Positions 35,501 through 50,369 are shown, counted from the first letter of the stretch. The stretch: 64,000 bases of DNA from Camelus dromedarius (GCF_036321535.1 NC_087436.1:75022001-75086000), one strand, 5' to 3'. Notes: a model not told the origin generated them from the letters alone. Translations and numbers: made by a program.

Positions 35501-38199
35501 GATGTTTCTTTTTAATAAGACATACTGGTTTATATATAGTTACTTTCTACTCACTAATCCAAGCCATCAAGCCTTGGTAATGTAAAATCTTAAATATGCC
35601 TCCTCTCTATTTCAATGCACTTTATTATCCCTTCTCTACAGCTTCTACACAGATGCTATAAGCATTATTCCTGATGTGATCTTCTTTTATTTTAGTCTAA
35701 GAATGCTTCAGGATATTTGCTTTTTAAAAAATCTTATTTCACAGAAGGTCAAATGGGTGTCAAGGATCATATATAACGAAGATTGGTATGACCAAAAAAT
35801 AAACAAAAAGATCCCACCCTTACATGATTTGAGAAAGATTATTAGGTTGAACATGTCCAAAACAGCCCTTCGAATAGAAAAAAAGAAATAACTCAATTTC
35901 TTACTAATTTACAATCTAGAAGTAATTTTATGGTCTGTGATGTGATTAAATTAATGCTAGAGAGAGGACAGTGAATGACAACTACAAGCAAGCAAAGCAA
36001 CCTGTAGGACTTAACTAATATTTCCTCCCCTAATTCATTTATGAGCCACAAGGAACAACATAGTACATAAATCAAGAAGAGAGTATAGCCACACAAAAGT
36101 TAACCATGACCCTTTCTGATCACATTAAACTGACTCTTAAACCTGAACCAAATGGAAGTTTTTATTGTATATTCAGTATAAGATACTATAAAATGTGTCC
36201 TTTTGTCCCTTTAAGTAATCATGAGAGTGCCAGAAAATAACCTGCTAGAAAAGGTAAGCTTAGAGACAGATAAATAAGGAAGAAAAGTAGATATTCATCA
36301 TCCTACCTATAAATTTGTATAATTTTTTAACCACTGGGAGCACTTTCACATTCTTGATCGTTTTAGCCCCTTAAGAAGCCTCTTAAGTTAGGCGGAACAA
36401 TTATTATCCATATTGGAAAGGTAAGGAAACTGGCACAAAGCAGTAATTTTATGTTCTGGATTAAATTAATGGGGATGTTGACATTAGAAACCAGAAATCA
36501 CAACCTCAGATTTTAAATTATAAATGCAACCACCACTTATGACAGAGAAAATTATTAACTGAGAAACTAGTAAGATAGGATTATCACAACAGGTCATTTG
36601 GAATGATGCTATAACCTCTGAATACCCTCCTCTCAACCACAAAACTACCAGTCGTAATACAGATGGAAAAACAAGGACTTGGCCTTACCTGGTATGTCTG
36701 ACACAGACAACAGAGGCAGTACTGCAGGGACTGAGCACCATGACAACCTACTTCCCAAACCAAATGGAAGAGACTGCCTCTTCACAGTGTAATGGTCACT
36801 TTGTTCTAAAACTGCTATTTTCATCTCTCCTTTTGTCACTGATGTGAAACAAAGTATGATCAAATCAGAACTGCTAACCTCAGGAACAGCAAGTAAGTTG
36901 AATATCTAGGTCTGGTTTCATCTCCATTTTTCAACAATTTGGATTTCTTCAAATTGTGTATCTGGCTCCAAGACCCCACTTTTACTAACTGATAAGTCTA
37001 TAGGACAAAACATGGTAAAGAGAAATTTAATTTTGTGACTCTAAAAAACACCTGTAATAACAGTCTCTCCTTATACACACACAAAATGCATGCATGTATG
37101 TATGTATGTGTTTTATAAAATACCTTGGACTGAAGAAAGTACTTATTAAGATAAAGGATAAAGAAAAAGCCGATTTCTGGCATTTCATTAAACAAAAATT
37201 TCTATTTTCTGGTATCCTTATGCATCTAACTACCCAAAAATTGATGCTTATAATGATGACCAAAAGGTGCTGCCAAATCTTGAAGTACCTTCTGAATTCC
37301 AGAGATTAAACTAGAATGAATAAGATATAAGGAGTATTTTACTGTATTCGAAGTCTCTGAATATTCATCTGTGTCCCAGCCATTACTAAGCAATACACTA
37401 TCCTTCCAATCACAATGGATGGAGATTTTTATTATAATATTTTGCAAAAAATAATCATTGTATAGTTTCCATTTATTGTAACCTATTCTGTATCACTGTT
37501 TTCCATGAAGGGAAAAAACTGTCATCAATGAAGATTAGAAATTATCCAATACTCTGGTTTTAAGAATAAGACCTTGAGAATGAATAGAGAGTTGAAGTAC
37601 TCTTTTACAGCTTTCTTTTGACTTTGTAATTTTTTAAACCATATAAATTTATTTTACAAGGTAATATACAAAAATTTATAAATGAGAAAATAAGCCCAGA
37701 AAGGGTGAGTGACTCATTCAAGATTATACAGCTACATAAGTAGGAGAACCACCTGGCTTCAAAACAGTCTTTTCTTTGCACTGTATCACCTCTCTAATCT
37801 GAGGAAGAAATTACAAGAAATGGAGGGATGTACACTTTGTGTTAAATTCCAGATAGTCTGGGGTTGGCTAGTCAGCTCATTTGACATCAGTAAGTTATCT
37901 GGCACTGTTCATAAGAGGTAGGATATAACATATCACACTCAAAGTCTTTGTCTGTTGCTGGATTCATGATACTATTTAGGCAAAAAGTTGAAGAAGAAAA
38001 GAAATGCAAATGATGCATCTATGTATTTTCCTGTCTATTTATCTCAACAAATTCACAGCACTTTTAATAACTCAAATGTCAATTTTCAAATACTCAGTTG
38101 TATAAAGTGTCCTAGATAACAGTTATGTTAGTTGAAAATCTTAACTACCTCTAGTAAATTATCAAAGCATTTTTCATTTTCCTCTCAAAGCTGTGAAGG

Positions 38200-38449
38200 T
38201 TTTTAAAAAATAAATGAATAAAAATTTAAGTAAAATAAAATAAGTAAGTCACAGGGATATAATGTACACGTTGGGAATACAGTCAATAGTACTGTAAAAA
38301 CTTTATGTGGTGACAGATGGTTACTGGTTGTACTGCGGTGATCAAATCATAATGTATTAAAATATGAAATCATGTCCTAAACCTGAAATTAATATAATAC
38401 TGCATGGTAATTATAACTCAATTAAAAAGAAATAAACGGTGGGAAAAAA
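38200..38449 (+). mobile_element. L1 3' end (L1MA9-like)
   Basis: taagtcacagggatataatgtacac...ggtgacagatggttact...cctgaaattaatataatactg...ataactcaattaaaaa, flanked by ctgtgaagg at 38191-38199 and 38450-38458. Confidence 0.8.
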
Positions 38450-38689
38450 CTGTGAAGGGAGTGATAAAAATTTTATGTATTATCTTTAGAAAGAAACAAT
38501 GGCAAATGGAAGAACAGGTTGATGTCACCTGTCTCAATGTTAATACTTTTAAAAATTATGGTGTTTCAAGGAAATTTGCGTATAAATACAGGTTAAGAAG
38601 AAAGTTCAAGGCAATTTTTCCAAATGAGGCAATCTTCTAAGAGATACAAGTGATACTGGAAGCTGAAACAAGAAGTCTAAAGGTTCAGT

Positions 38690-38880
38690 TTAGTACAGTG
38701 TTTAAAGTATTGACTATAAAGCCAGATACTCTGTGTCTTGGTTACCTTGTCTATAAAAATAAGGAAATAGCTCCAGTCTTACCTCTGAGGATTGCTTTAA
38801 AAATTAAATAACATAATTCATATAAACAAAAGAAAAAGCCTGACATGTAAATACTATGAACCTAATGGCTATTGTTATTT
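38690..38880 (+). mobile_element. MIR remnant
   Basis: gtgtcttggttaccttgtctataaaaataagg...cttacctctgaggattgctttaaaaattaaataacataat. Confidence 0.5.
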
Positions 38881-40107
38881 TAAAATTTGTAAAACAGAAA
38901 GTCACCAACCCACTAGAAGAATTTAGTATACCCTGACCTCAAATAGAAGGCTATGCACTAATAATTAAACAAATGAGAACATCTCTATTAAAGATTTACA
39001 GAAAAGATACAAAAGTAGGTAGAAATAGATGAGAAGTGGCTCAAATACTGTTCAAATTCACTTAATTCACTTACTTAAAATAACATGTCATGCTGGTAAT
39101 AGGCTTATATCAATAAAAACATTGAACTGCTTTGTTATATTAGGAACTAAACAGAGAAATATTGCAAAATAGTTCCAAGTGTGTATATGCTTATTCCATT
39201 AGTAGATGATTCCCTGGTTTCATGTATCAAATCCAAATTATTAACTATAAGATATAACCTCTATCAGACTCCACACATTTCAATCTTCTATTGGAGGCTC
39301 CTTCAAATTTTCCACTGTAAAATTGGTAGTCTTTATAAGGCAAAAATACGCTTCTCCCTTTTCCTCAGGATGATAACCAAAAGAAGCTGTCTCTAACCAT
39401 CTATTCACTCAGCCAGCATTCAAGAGAGAAACTTCTGAGTGTGTTACAGCTCTGCACTCTCAAGTAGGACATGCACTTCCTAAATTCGATGCACACCACA
39501 TAATAAACCCAGTAAGAGAGAAATACTAAAATTTCAAAGGGTTATAGAAACAGAGAAATATGACAATAATAAAAATATTTCCAGTACACTTAATGGTTTA
39601 CAAAGTACCTATGCATTCATTACCTCATTTCATTCTAACTACTCCGAACAGATACTGTTTTCCATTTTAAACTCAAATATATGAAAGTATAGAGGCATCT
39701 CAAGATTGTTCATATATTTTAATAAGCAGAATCATAACATTCTTATCTTTGACTGTACTTTAATCAACTATGTTACAGCTATGAAAAAACACAGGTCACG
39801 TTGTTTTCCATTTCAGGTCATGACTGCTTTCCCCTGTCCTGTCTTAATCAGTCCCTTAAACTCCTCACCTTCATAAGTTCTGTGCCTCTCTGTCTTCCCT
39901 TATCTATCTACACATATCTCCATCTCATACATAACACCTTCTTATTTCTAATACACGGACCAAGAAATGAAACATTACCAACAATTTTAACTTTTATATA
40001 ACTTGCTTTCTAGCTTTTTGTTTATTTTAGGGTCAAACCAAAGACAATTCTGAATGTACGGTATTTAAGAAATAAGTACACTATTATACTTTGTTTCCTA
40101 AACTCAC

Positions 40108-40262
40108 TTTTCTGTTTTGAAGAATATTGCACAACCGTCCACATGCTTTCTCTCCTGCTCAGACATGATTTTGGCACGTGACTTTGGAGAAAAAAATCCG
40201 TCATATCCACGCTCCTTCAATGCTGGCAGAAAGAGAGTGAAGTATTGCTCTGTTTCCACTTC
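40108..40262 (-). CDS. CNOT6L: CNOT6L exon 8 (begins with Mg-binding E240): EVETEQYF...CAIFFKTE(K)
   Basis: Acceptor tttcatctcag|GAA, donor AAA|gtgagt. 155 nt. Lies within ORF 40104..40292. Confidence 0.97.
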
Positions 40263-41178
40263 CTGAGATGAAAGACATGTTATCATCGACATGACAGAGG
40301 AAAACTAAGATATAAAAAGGTGCAGCATTATAAGTAAGGTGTGACTAAGTTAAAATAGTTCACATAACAAATATTATCTAACTACATGATTTTATAACAG
40401 TAAAAACTTATAAAAGCCTGAATGTCCAACAGGGAAAATGCTAAATCAATTATTATATATTCATATAATTGGCTTTGGAGAATTTTAATAATATGGAAAG
40501 TGCATTAAGTACAATAAAAAAGAAGCAAACACATCAACAGTATGATGTGGTCTCTTATTTTGAAAATTTATCTGTAAATAAATAGGCAAATGAATTTAAA
40601 AAACATGCATACAAGAAATACTTCAGAAGTTTTAACACAGCAACTACCTTTGGGATATGGGGTTAGGGTTTTTCAAAATGTTCAACTTCTCTATAACACT
40701 TTATAATACAGTATTACTTTTATAATAAGAAAATATTTTTTAAACTATGATGTTTTTATCAAACTATACTTTCAAGAGAGTGGGGCTGTTAGGACTACAG
40801 ACGCTGAATCAAAAGGAGGACAATTAAGTAACTACAACAAGACTACTTCTCTTCGCCTCCTCCTCCCCAATTCTCTGTCAGTGCTCAGTGTTTCGAAGAA
40901 AATTTAATTTTGGAAGATTCTACTTCTTATTATTTCCCAGGAAGTCAGATTGTTTTCACTTAAGAATAAAGTAAGTAAGTGGATGGGATGGCTGCACTTA
41001 GCAAAATAGTTTCAGTGTAGCTGTATCTTGAGTGCCTATTAAAACTGCCCTCTTTCTAAAGAGGTGAGAAAATAATTCCTTTGAGTTTTGCTTCAAACCC
41101 AGAATCTTCCAGAAGTTAAGATCTATTCTTTTTAGGTTCACCTTTAAGTTAAAGACAATTTAATTTCTGTAGTATTAC

Positions 41179-41336
41179 CTGAAGACTAATGATATCTGCG
41201 TCACAGTTAACAATTTCTTCCATAATTCCCTTTTTCCTGTATTCCCAGTTTAATGCCCAGGATGGGCAATAGCCATATAGCTGCCGGGTGGCGTATTTAT
41301 CACATAACACATTGTAACACATAACTGTGAATGATG
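41179..41336 (-). CDS. CNOT6L: CNOT6L exon 7 (start of EEP nuclease domain, includes N195): (A)SFTVMCYNVLCDKY...DIISLQ
   Basis: Acceptor cttcttcag|CA, donor CAG|gtaata. 158 nt. Lies within ORF 41149..41367. Confidence 0.97.
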
Positions 41337-41902
41337 CTGAAGAAGTGGGAGAACAAACAACAGACAAAAGGGAGAAAATTAGGCAATCTTTTCTAAAGCA
41401 ATATCATGTATACACCTACACAAGCACACATGGCACACAAACATACCCCAAATATCATCACTGTGAAATGCCTTGGGCAAGATTCTCTTAAACAGTAACT
41501 ACAAAAATTTCACTGGAGTCCATCACACCAAAGTTCTTTTACCACAATTAGACTAATTGTTTATATTTGAGTTTTTAGGACATTTTAATAAATAAAAATT
41601 TAAATTTTAAATCAGAATGCTATTTTTTGCGTGTAATTTGACATAAAAATGGAACAAAAGTAAACTTTTTTTTCGCTTCTTTCTCATTAAAAGGCTCTAA
41701 TTGTATTAATGCATATTAAACAAAATACCCATACATAATACTTTTTTGGGCCTCTTACTGCTCTGAGTCAGAATAGGGACTGACAAAATTTAGTTACAAG
41801 AGAATCCTTTTTACCAAATCAAATGCTCACTAGGTTCTTATTTTAAAATGCTTTGAACTATAAAAGGACTATGAGTAAACGATTATGAGAACGCAGCTTG
41901 TA

Positions 41903-42238
41903 TGCCTGCTACTCAGAAGTGTGCTCTAAGTACCAGCAGTATCAGTTATCACCCTGGAACACAGAAATGCAGAATTTCCGGCCTCACAAAGACTTACTGA
42001 ATCAGAACCTGCAATTTAACAAATCCCCAGGTGATTCATATGTATACAAATATCAGTTTGAAAAGCCCTGATTTTAATCACTAATTCTCTATCCTGTCTG
42101 CCCACTAGAATCACTTTGTAGAGCTTAAAAAACCCTACTCTGGACTAATTAAGTCAGTATATTAGCGTCTGTGTGTTAATATTTTTAAAAAGCATCCCAG
42201 ATGATTATAATGGACAGACACACATTGGGGAAACCATA
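41903..42238. mobile_element. Two adjacent MER5A/MER5B-like hAT-Charlie MITEs
   Basis: agaaatgcagaatt...tactgaatcagaacctgcaatttaacaaatccccaggtgattc, then ctagaatcact...aaaagcatcccagatgattataatg. Confidence 0.7.
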
Positions 42239-43705
42239 CATCCCAAGAAAAATCCATACTGGTTTTCAATAAGGAATACCCAAGAATTCATTATCTGAGA
42301 ATTCAACAACAAATGAAAACGTGTTTCTATTGTTCCTTTTCTTAATGGCAATGTAGGTATGCGATACTAGGAAAGCTCTTCTTCAAGATTATGTTCACTC
42401 ATGCTCAAAAACAGATTACTGTGAAGAACTAGAAAATGGTGCTTCTGATACCATTTTAATGCCAGAAAGAGAACAATTAATTAATTACACATGAAGGAAG
42501 GCTAAACAAAAATCTGCCTAACTTAAGGCTTTGTAGAAAATCTTAGGCATTCCTTTTAAGACAGTCAATATGCACCCTGAAAATAGAAGTGTTATTCACA
42601 ATAACGTCCTGCCACTTGGGCTGATACTATGGCTCTAGGGTGTGGTGGTTTTAAAATTATTACCTCTGGAAGATAGAGAAATGTACTATATATGTTAACA
42701 TTTCTCAGTGCTTTTAAAACTTAAATAGAACCATGAAGATGTTACACTTCCCACATTTCCTGATGCCAAAGCAAATGACTTTTTTGAGTCTTTTTTCTTA
42801 CCTTAAAAAAAAAAAAGCCTCACAAACAGAAGGGTTTTATACTGTTTAAAAAGTACACAAAAATTCTTGTGATTTGCCCTTTAGAAATTAAGTAATTTGT
42901 GAATCATTATATTATACATCTGTAACTTATATAATATTGTAAGCAATTATACTTCAATAAAAATATTAAGTATCAGTATTCAGTGATTAGTTTACCTTCA
43001 TAATTAAATAATAAATTTTCATTTTTAATTTTAAAATAAAGTTACATGTCATGAAAAATATGACATGATTAAAAAGAAGGCATCTGGAGAAATATTAATT
43101 CCTATTTCAAGTAGAATTCTCAATCAAAAAATATCTAATAAGCAGTAACAAGCCCTATAAATGTCAAATCATCATTGGTCCACACAAAGAGATAAAAGTT
43201 TGTATTTTCTACCTTACTACAATCCTAGAAATGTTAAATTATATCATTAAATTCCTCAAAACTACACCCTAGATCATTTCTATACTTTTGGCCTGGAATC
43301 ATATTTTGTTTTCAATACAGTAAATGTGACTTGGTCTAAATTATCCTTCTACAAGTGTTATCAGTTTATATGTGCAAGAAAGATTAAGTGCCTAAGTAGT
43401 TTAAAATTTTTCAGAAGAAAATTCATCATTATCATTTTTCTTAAATCCCCCAACCTTATGCGAAGATGCCATTTAGAAAGCTCTATTACAAGAAATAATT
43501 TTAAAACCAAGAGCTGCATTATTGTGAAAGATAAGAGATTCTTGTACATAAGCCTTAGTATGGATTTTAAGTTTATCCGTCAGTATTTTTAAACTCTTCT
43601 ACTCAGGGGAGGTAACACGAAGCCTTGCTAATTATATCACAAAGCCCAAATGGCATTTCAAGTACTTCTGAAAAAAGTCAAGAAAGAATAAGAAAAACTA
43701 TTTAC

Positions 43706-43774
43706 CTGATGGCAGAATTTGGTCTCGTTCTTTTAATGTAATCCATGGCCTCGGAGGAAGCTGCTCTGGATGAA
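43706..43774 (-). CDS. CNOT6L: CNOT6L exon 6 (linker): (V)HPEQLPPRPWITLKERDQILPS(A)
   Basis: Acceptor tcttttccag|TT, donor CAG|gtaaat. 69 nt, phase 1-1. Too short for the ORF track. Confidence 0.95.
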
Positions 43775-45129
43775 CTGGAAAAGACAATTTTTTAACATGA
43801 CTTCTTGTATTCCTAAAGTCAGTATCATTTACTTTATAACGTCAAATCAACTTGTTTTCTCTTCAGCTATAATGACCCACAAACTGATTTAAAAATCTAA
43901 TACTGAAATATAATGACGATTTAGAAGGTGAAAGAAGTTGACGAAGAGCTATGCAGAAAACACATAATTAATAACCAAAAAGAACATGAGGAAATTCATT
44001 AATAGTAATTCTACTTACATAGTAGTTATGAAAAGTACTTATTTAAAACCTTAAGTAGAACCTTATGTCTTAATTATACATGTAAACTGTGTTGACCCAG
44101 CCTTGTTCCCTACTGGAAAATCAAAGCTATGTGAAGTTTCAACACACTGATGAACTAAAATAGTCAAACATTTTTGAAATAGAAAAAAAAAGTGAATGTA
44201 TAATGAAAATTAAACTTTCTAATGGGGCTTTCATTTCCTAATTTCAATCTTTCTTTCTTTTATAATATCAATACAAAGCAAAAGGTAAGAACTACATTGT
44301 ACAGAAAAAAGGTGGCACTGGTTAAACATTAATTGCTCAGATATGATTATCAATACCATGGGACAAAATGCTACCTAACGATCAGATGAAAGAAAATTTA
44401 CTAAGTTAAGATTTAACTACCCTTTTTTCTTCTCCCTTCTCAAAACATTGGCAATTATAGGACAATCTGATTCAAGTCTACAGATTTACCCAGGGAATTA
44501 GTGGCTAAGAAATGTATTTCCAAAGCAAAAACACTATGTTCATCCAGTCACAGAAATTTTGACCAAAGTCAAATAAAATAAACATTATTAAATTTTCTAA
44601 TGAAGCTTTCATTTCCTAATTTTAATCTTTCTCTCTTTTATAATGTCAATGCAGAGCAAGAGATAAGAACTACATTGTACAGAAAAAAGTCTACCTAAAA
44701 GATGCCTGTTTTAGGAGCCATACTTTGCCCAAAGTGAAATAAACATTATTTTGCATAGTCCCATATCTTGCCGGGAAAGGAATGAAGGTTATCATAACAT
44801 GACAAACAAACCATCCAGCTGGTTCAACACACTGAATTCTGGAAAATAATCATGCCTGCTAGGGGTACCAAGCCAGAATCATGGCAACTATCTCAAAAAT
44901 GGAAAGCCAATTATATAAACATAATGAAGAGTAAACAAAGAACTTTCTAGCTGCTGGGATCCTTATTAGCAAATGGTTAAAAATTAAGAAAGCAAGAAAA
45001 TTATCAAAATAAAACAAGTAAGGTGATGTCATTTCCAAATCTTAACTGATACATTTTAACTAACACAGCACAATATATCAGTGTAAGTAAAATGTACAGT
45101 ATTCTCCAAAATAATCAAAGAACAAAAAC

Positions 45130-45760
45130 ATAGGAAAATACACTCTCACCAGTAACCAGGAAAAATTATAAGATGAGTTAGCAGGTCTTTATCCAGGTTG
45201 ACCAAAAAAGTAAAATTTAAGTTTAATAATATCGAAGGTTGGTAAAGGTAATAAGAAATAGATACCTGAATGTAGTATAACTGATGGGAATACAAATTGG
45301 TAGAGCTATCTGAGAGGACAAATTGGCATCACCTTTTAAAATTTAAAACATTCTTGTGCCTGTGAGCCAGCAGTTCTATTTCTTGGGGTCAGCCCTATCT
45401 GCTTAAAGCAGCATTCAAATAGATATTCATTACACCATCGTTTGTAATAGCAAAAACAATGGTAAATGGCAAATATCCACTTTACAGAAGTCTATGCTAC
45501 AGTTTAAAAGAAAAAAAAGATACATGTACGCTAAAGCGGAAAGGTATACAAGAAATACTGCTGAGTGAAAAAAAGAAAAATAAATGATAAATAATAAAAA
45601 TGATACATTTTATTAGAAAAAATGATATATTAATAAAAATGATACATTTTATTAGAAAAAAATTTTAAACACACACACAAATATCATAAAACTTGCTGGT
45701 ATAATTTTTGTGTGTAAATGTCTACAGAAATGTCTACAAGGATACACACCCATCTTTATA
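45130..45760 (+). mobile_element. Very old L1 (L1ME-like) 3' remnant
   Basis: ctgatgggaatacaaattggtagagctatctgagaggacaaattggca...gccagcagttctatttcttgggg. Confidence 0.55.
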
Positions 45761-46826
45761 AGGACAATAATATGTGTGACATATACTTAAAATTGACTTT
45801 TTTCAAAGATGAAATTGCATGGCCAATGATATGACAAAGGACAGGAATATGGAGTTATATGGGCAACTAGCAAATAAAATAAAGACTGCTTAATAGAAAA
45901 ATCTGTATGGTCCTAGACAAAGCACCAGAATTTGGGTCATAATTGAAGATAAAGTCTATTCTCATTACAATGAACACAAGAGACAGCAGTTAGCATCTTC
46001 ATAAGTCTCTAGCATCATACCTGGAAACGGGAGAACAGTTGTTTATCACATTTTATATCCCATACATGCCACACTAACTTCTAGATAGCCCTACAACCAG
46101 CCTTGAAGCCACCAGGAATTGGGGTGGGGGCCAGAGGGGTGGTAGGGAGTAGCAAGAAAAGCCTGATTTCTTTTGCCAAAGGAGTGAAAAGGGAGAAGGC
46201 CAGCAGGGACTAGGTGGGAAACCACACCCAGTGGCAGGGGCAACATCAACAGAGCCCAAGAAAGCCAACCCACCCCACACCTCACAGCAGCCAGCAGCAC
46301 TGGGCCTGGTCTCCCCACAGTGGGGGTTCTACCTGAGATCCTGGAAGGGCAAGCAGAACTCACATGCTAATCCTAAAATGGGTAGTTGCCTGCTACTGAG
46401 ATTTTAAAATGGTCGAGTCTCCTAATATTCAAAATATCCAGGGCACAAGTGAAAATCACAGATTATACCAAAGACCAGGAAAATCACAACTTAAGTGAGA
46501 AAAAATTACCAACAGACAACACAGAGATGATTCATACACTGAAATTATCTGACAGAAATTTCAATGCAGTCATCACAGAGCTGCTTCAAAACTAATTACA
46601 AATTCTCTAAAAAACAAACGAAGATATAGAAAACCCCAGCAAAGAAATAAAAGTTACACACTTTTTAAAAGACCAAATAGAAATTATTAAACTGATAAAT
46701 TCAGTAACCAAAATGATAAAACTCGCTGGAAGGGCACAATAATAGAGATAACAAAAGATAAAACAAATGCATTTGGGAACAAATCAGGAGAATTAATTTA
46801 CTCAATATGAACAATAAAAAGAAAAC

Positions 46827-46857
<31 letters not shown>

Positions 46858-49188
46858 CAGAGCTTGAGGGACCTGTGGGACTATTAACAAATGATCTAAG
46901 ATTCTTATCATCAGACTCCAGGAGGAGAGGAGAAAGAATGTAGACTTAAAGAGTATTCTAAAGATAATTCTAAGAGACTAAAAATCCCCAAATTTAGTAA
47001 ACAACATAAACATACAAGTGTAAGAAGATGAGCAAACTTCAAACAGAATACACCCAAAGAAATCCATACAAAGTCACATCGTAATGAAACTGCTGAAAAC
47101 TAAAGACAACGAATCTCAAAAATACCAGAGAAATGACACATTGTCTTAAGGGGAACAATGGGTTTCTTTCCTAAAACCATGATGGCCAGAAGATGTGATA
47201 CGACATTTTTCAAGTGCTAAAAGAAAACTTCAACCTTAAATTCTATGTCCAGCAAAACTTTCCTTCAAAAATCAAGGGGAAAAAAAAGACGTTATCAAAG
47301 GAAAACTAAGAGACTTTGTTGCTAGCAGACCTGCCCATAAACAAGTGGCTAAAGGAAGGTCTCTAGACAAAAAGAAAATAACAGCAGAAGAAACAGAAGG
47401 AACAAGGAATGAGTAAAATTAGGGGTAAACATAATAGATGAACCTTGCTCACATGAGCTTTTTAAATCACATCTGCTGGCTGAAGCAGAAACTGTAACAT
47501 CTGTGTGGTGGTATTCAGTGCAGTCAGAGGAAATCGTAGGGACAATTACATTTTAAAAGCAGGGAGGGTGAAGGGGCTTAAACAGAAGTGGGACATCAAT
47601 AGCTCACTTAAAGTGATAACACACCATTATCAATAGACTGTGCTAAGTATGTATATTTTCGTATCTCAGTTAACCACTAAAAAACTATACAAGACAATAT
47701 ACTCAAAAACAGATATATAAAATAAGATGGAATCCTAAAAAAAAAGTTTAACTAATCCACAAGAAACCAAAAAAAGATAAATGAAGGAGAAACAAAGGAA
47801 ATAAACAGAATACAAGTAATAAAATGGCTGACTTAAGTTCTACATATCAATAATTACTTTAAAATGTAAATGGGCTAATATACAAGTTAAAAGAGTGGAA
47901 ACTTCACAGAGTAGATAAAAAACATGACACATAACTCAACTGTATGCTGATACAAGAAATTCACTTCAGATACAACAACATAAAGTTGAAACTAAGAGGA
48001 TTTAAAAAAAATACACCATGCTAACATTAAACAAAAAATAAGTAGAGTGGTTATATTAATATAAGACAAAGTAAACTTAAGAGCAAAGATGATACTAGGA
48101 ACAAAGATCATTACATAAGGATGAAAAGATCAATCCACCAAGAAGATGCAGCAATCCTAAATATGTATACACCAAACAACACAACTTTAAAATGCATGAA
48201 GCAAAACCTGACAAAGCTGAAAGAAGAAATACACAAATCCACAATCACGGCTGGCAATTTCAGCACTGTAATATCAGCATTTAATAAGACTACTAGATAG
48301 AAAGTTACAAAAAAAAAAGAATTAAATACCACCAACAACCAATATGATCTAATTTAAAGTTACAGAATACTCTACCCAACAACTGCAGAATATGTACTTT
48401 TTTCAAGCACTCATATGATATTTAGCAAGATAAACAATAAAACAAACCTCAGTAAATTTTAAAAAATGGAAATAATACAGAATGTTTCCCAACACGTCCC
48501 AAACTGGAATCAAATAAAAAGTTACTAACAGACAACAGGAAATGAAGTAAGACGTTTCTAAATAATCCATGAAAAAAGAGGAAGATTCAAAGGAAATTTT
48601 AAAATATATATTGAACAGATTAAAATACAACATATCAAAATGTATGGAATGCTGCTAAAGGAGTTCTGAGAGGGAAAATACATAGTATATAGTGCTACAT
48701 ACTCACATTAAACAAGAGGAAAGCTTTCACATCAACAATATATATTTTTACTTCAAACAAAAAGAACAAAATTAACCCAGAGCAGACAGAAGGAAATACT
48801 TAAAAAAAAAAAAAAAGGAATAAAGAAAGGTTTAACATAAAAAAACCAGAGAAAGATATACAGTGCAAATTCAAACAAAACAGAACTCATACAACTATCT
48901 TTTTTCATGAAGTTATATTAATATCAAAGTAATAAGAACAGCATAATGAAAAAAGTTTCAAATAATTAGAAAGAAAAAACACATGAAAATACACCCTCAA
49001 TATATACAATTAAAAGCTGTAAGAGCTACAAGAATAAACAAATCTACAAAGTGGGACACTTTAACATAGCCCTATCAGTAGTGAATAAAAAAGTAATCAC
49101 TGAGTATATATAACACATTAAAACAATTAATAAACTTTAATACACATAGAATGCTGCATCAAACAACCACAGAATGAACATTCTTTTT

Positions 49189-49434
49189 TTTTAAACATTT
49201 TTTTATTGAGTTATAGTCATTTTACAATGTTGTGTCAAATTCCCACATAGAGCACAATTATTCAGCTATACATGAACATACATACATTCATTGTCACTTT
49301 TTTTTTTCGTTGTGAGCTAACACAAGATCCTGTATATATTTCTCTGTGCTATACAGTATAATCCTGTTTATCCACTCTACATATGCCTGTCAGTATCTAT
49401 GAAGTTTGAAATTCCATTCTGTCCCTTCCCACCC
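49189..49434 (-). mobile_element. Young 5'-truncated L1 3' fragment inserted in old L1
   Basis: Perfect 12-bp TSD aacattcttttt (49177-49188, 49435-49446). TT|AAAAA endonuclease site on the minus strand. AATAAA plus A tail. Confidence 0.88.
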
Positions 49435-50369
49435 AACATTCTTTTTAACTACATATTTAACCATTCACAAAACGTAAGCATGTGTTAGGTAATAACACAT
49501 TTTAAAAATTTAAGTCAATTAAAGCATACTCTCTGACCACACTGGAATTAAGCTAGGAATCAACAACAAAGAAAACTAGAAAAATTCCCCTAAAAACAAA
49601 GAAACTTCTAAATGACTTATCAAAGAAGAAATGAGAGCTACTAGAAAATATGCTGAACTGAATGATAAAGAAAATTATACAAATTAAAACTTGTGGGATG
49701 CAGCTACAAGCCATGTTTAAAGGGAGATTTATTGATGATTACATCAGACAAAAAAAAAAAGGAAATCTAAAAGTGAACGACTGAGGTGTTTATCTTGAAT
49801 TAGGGGGGAAAAGCAGCAAATGAAACCCAAAGAAACCAGAAGGAACAAATAAAGATATGAAATTACTGATATTGGGGGGAAAAACATATAATAGAGATGA
49901 CCAACAAAGCTAAAAATTGGTTCTTTTCTTTAAAGAAAATACTGATAAATCCCTGAGCAAATCTAGTCATGAAACAGAGGCAACACAAATAACTAATATC
50001 TGGAATGGAAAAGAGTACATCATTATACATTAAATGGACATTAAAACATCATAAAAAGATATTTTGAACTGTATATCAATAAATTTGAAGATTTAGATAA
50101 AATATGCAAATTACCAAATCAGCAAAACTTTCAGAAACTGATAGAGAAATGGAAAATCAGAAAAGTACTACAGTTATTAAAGAAATTAAATCAGTAACTG
50201 AAACTTCCTACAAAGAAACCCCAGGGTCAGATATACTCTACCAAACAATTAAGAAAGAACACCAATCTTAGAGAAACTCTTCCAAATAATAGAAAATTAG
50301 AAAATAATTTCCAGTAACTTTCATGAGGCTCATGAGGCCAGTATAACCTTTATGTTAAAACTTGACAAA

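Noticed and set aside
46813..46854. AATAAA followed by A27 as a processed pseudogene tail
   Set aside because: L1 ORF1-like sequence continues on both sides and no TSD was found. It is an expanded internal A-run.
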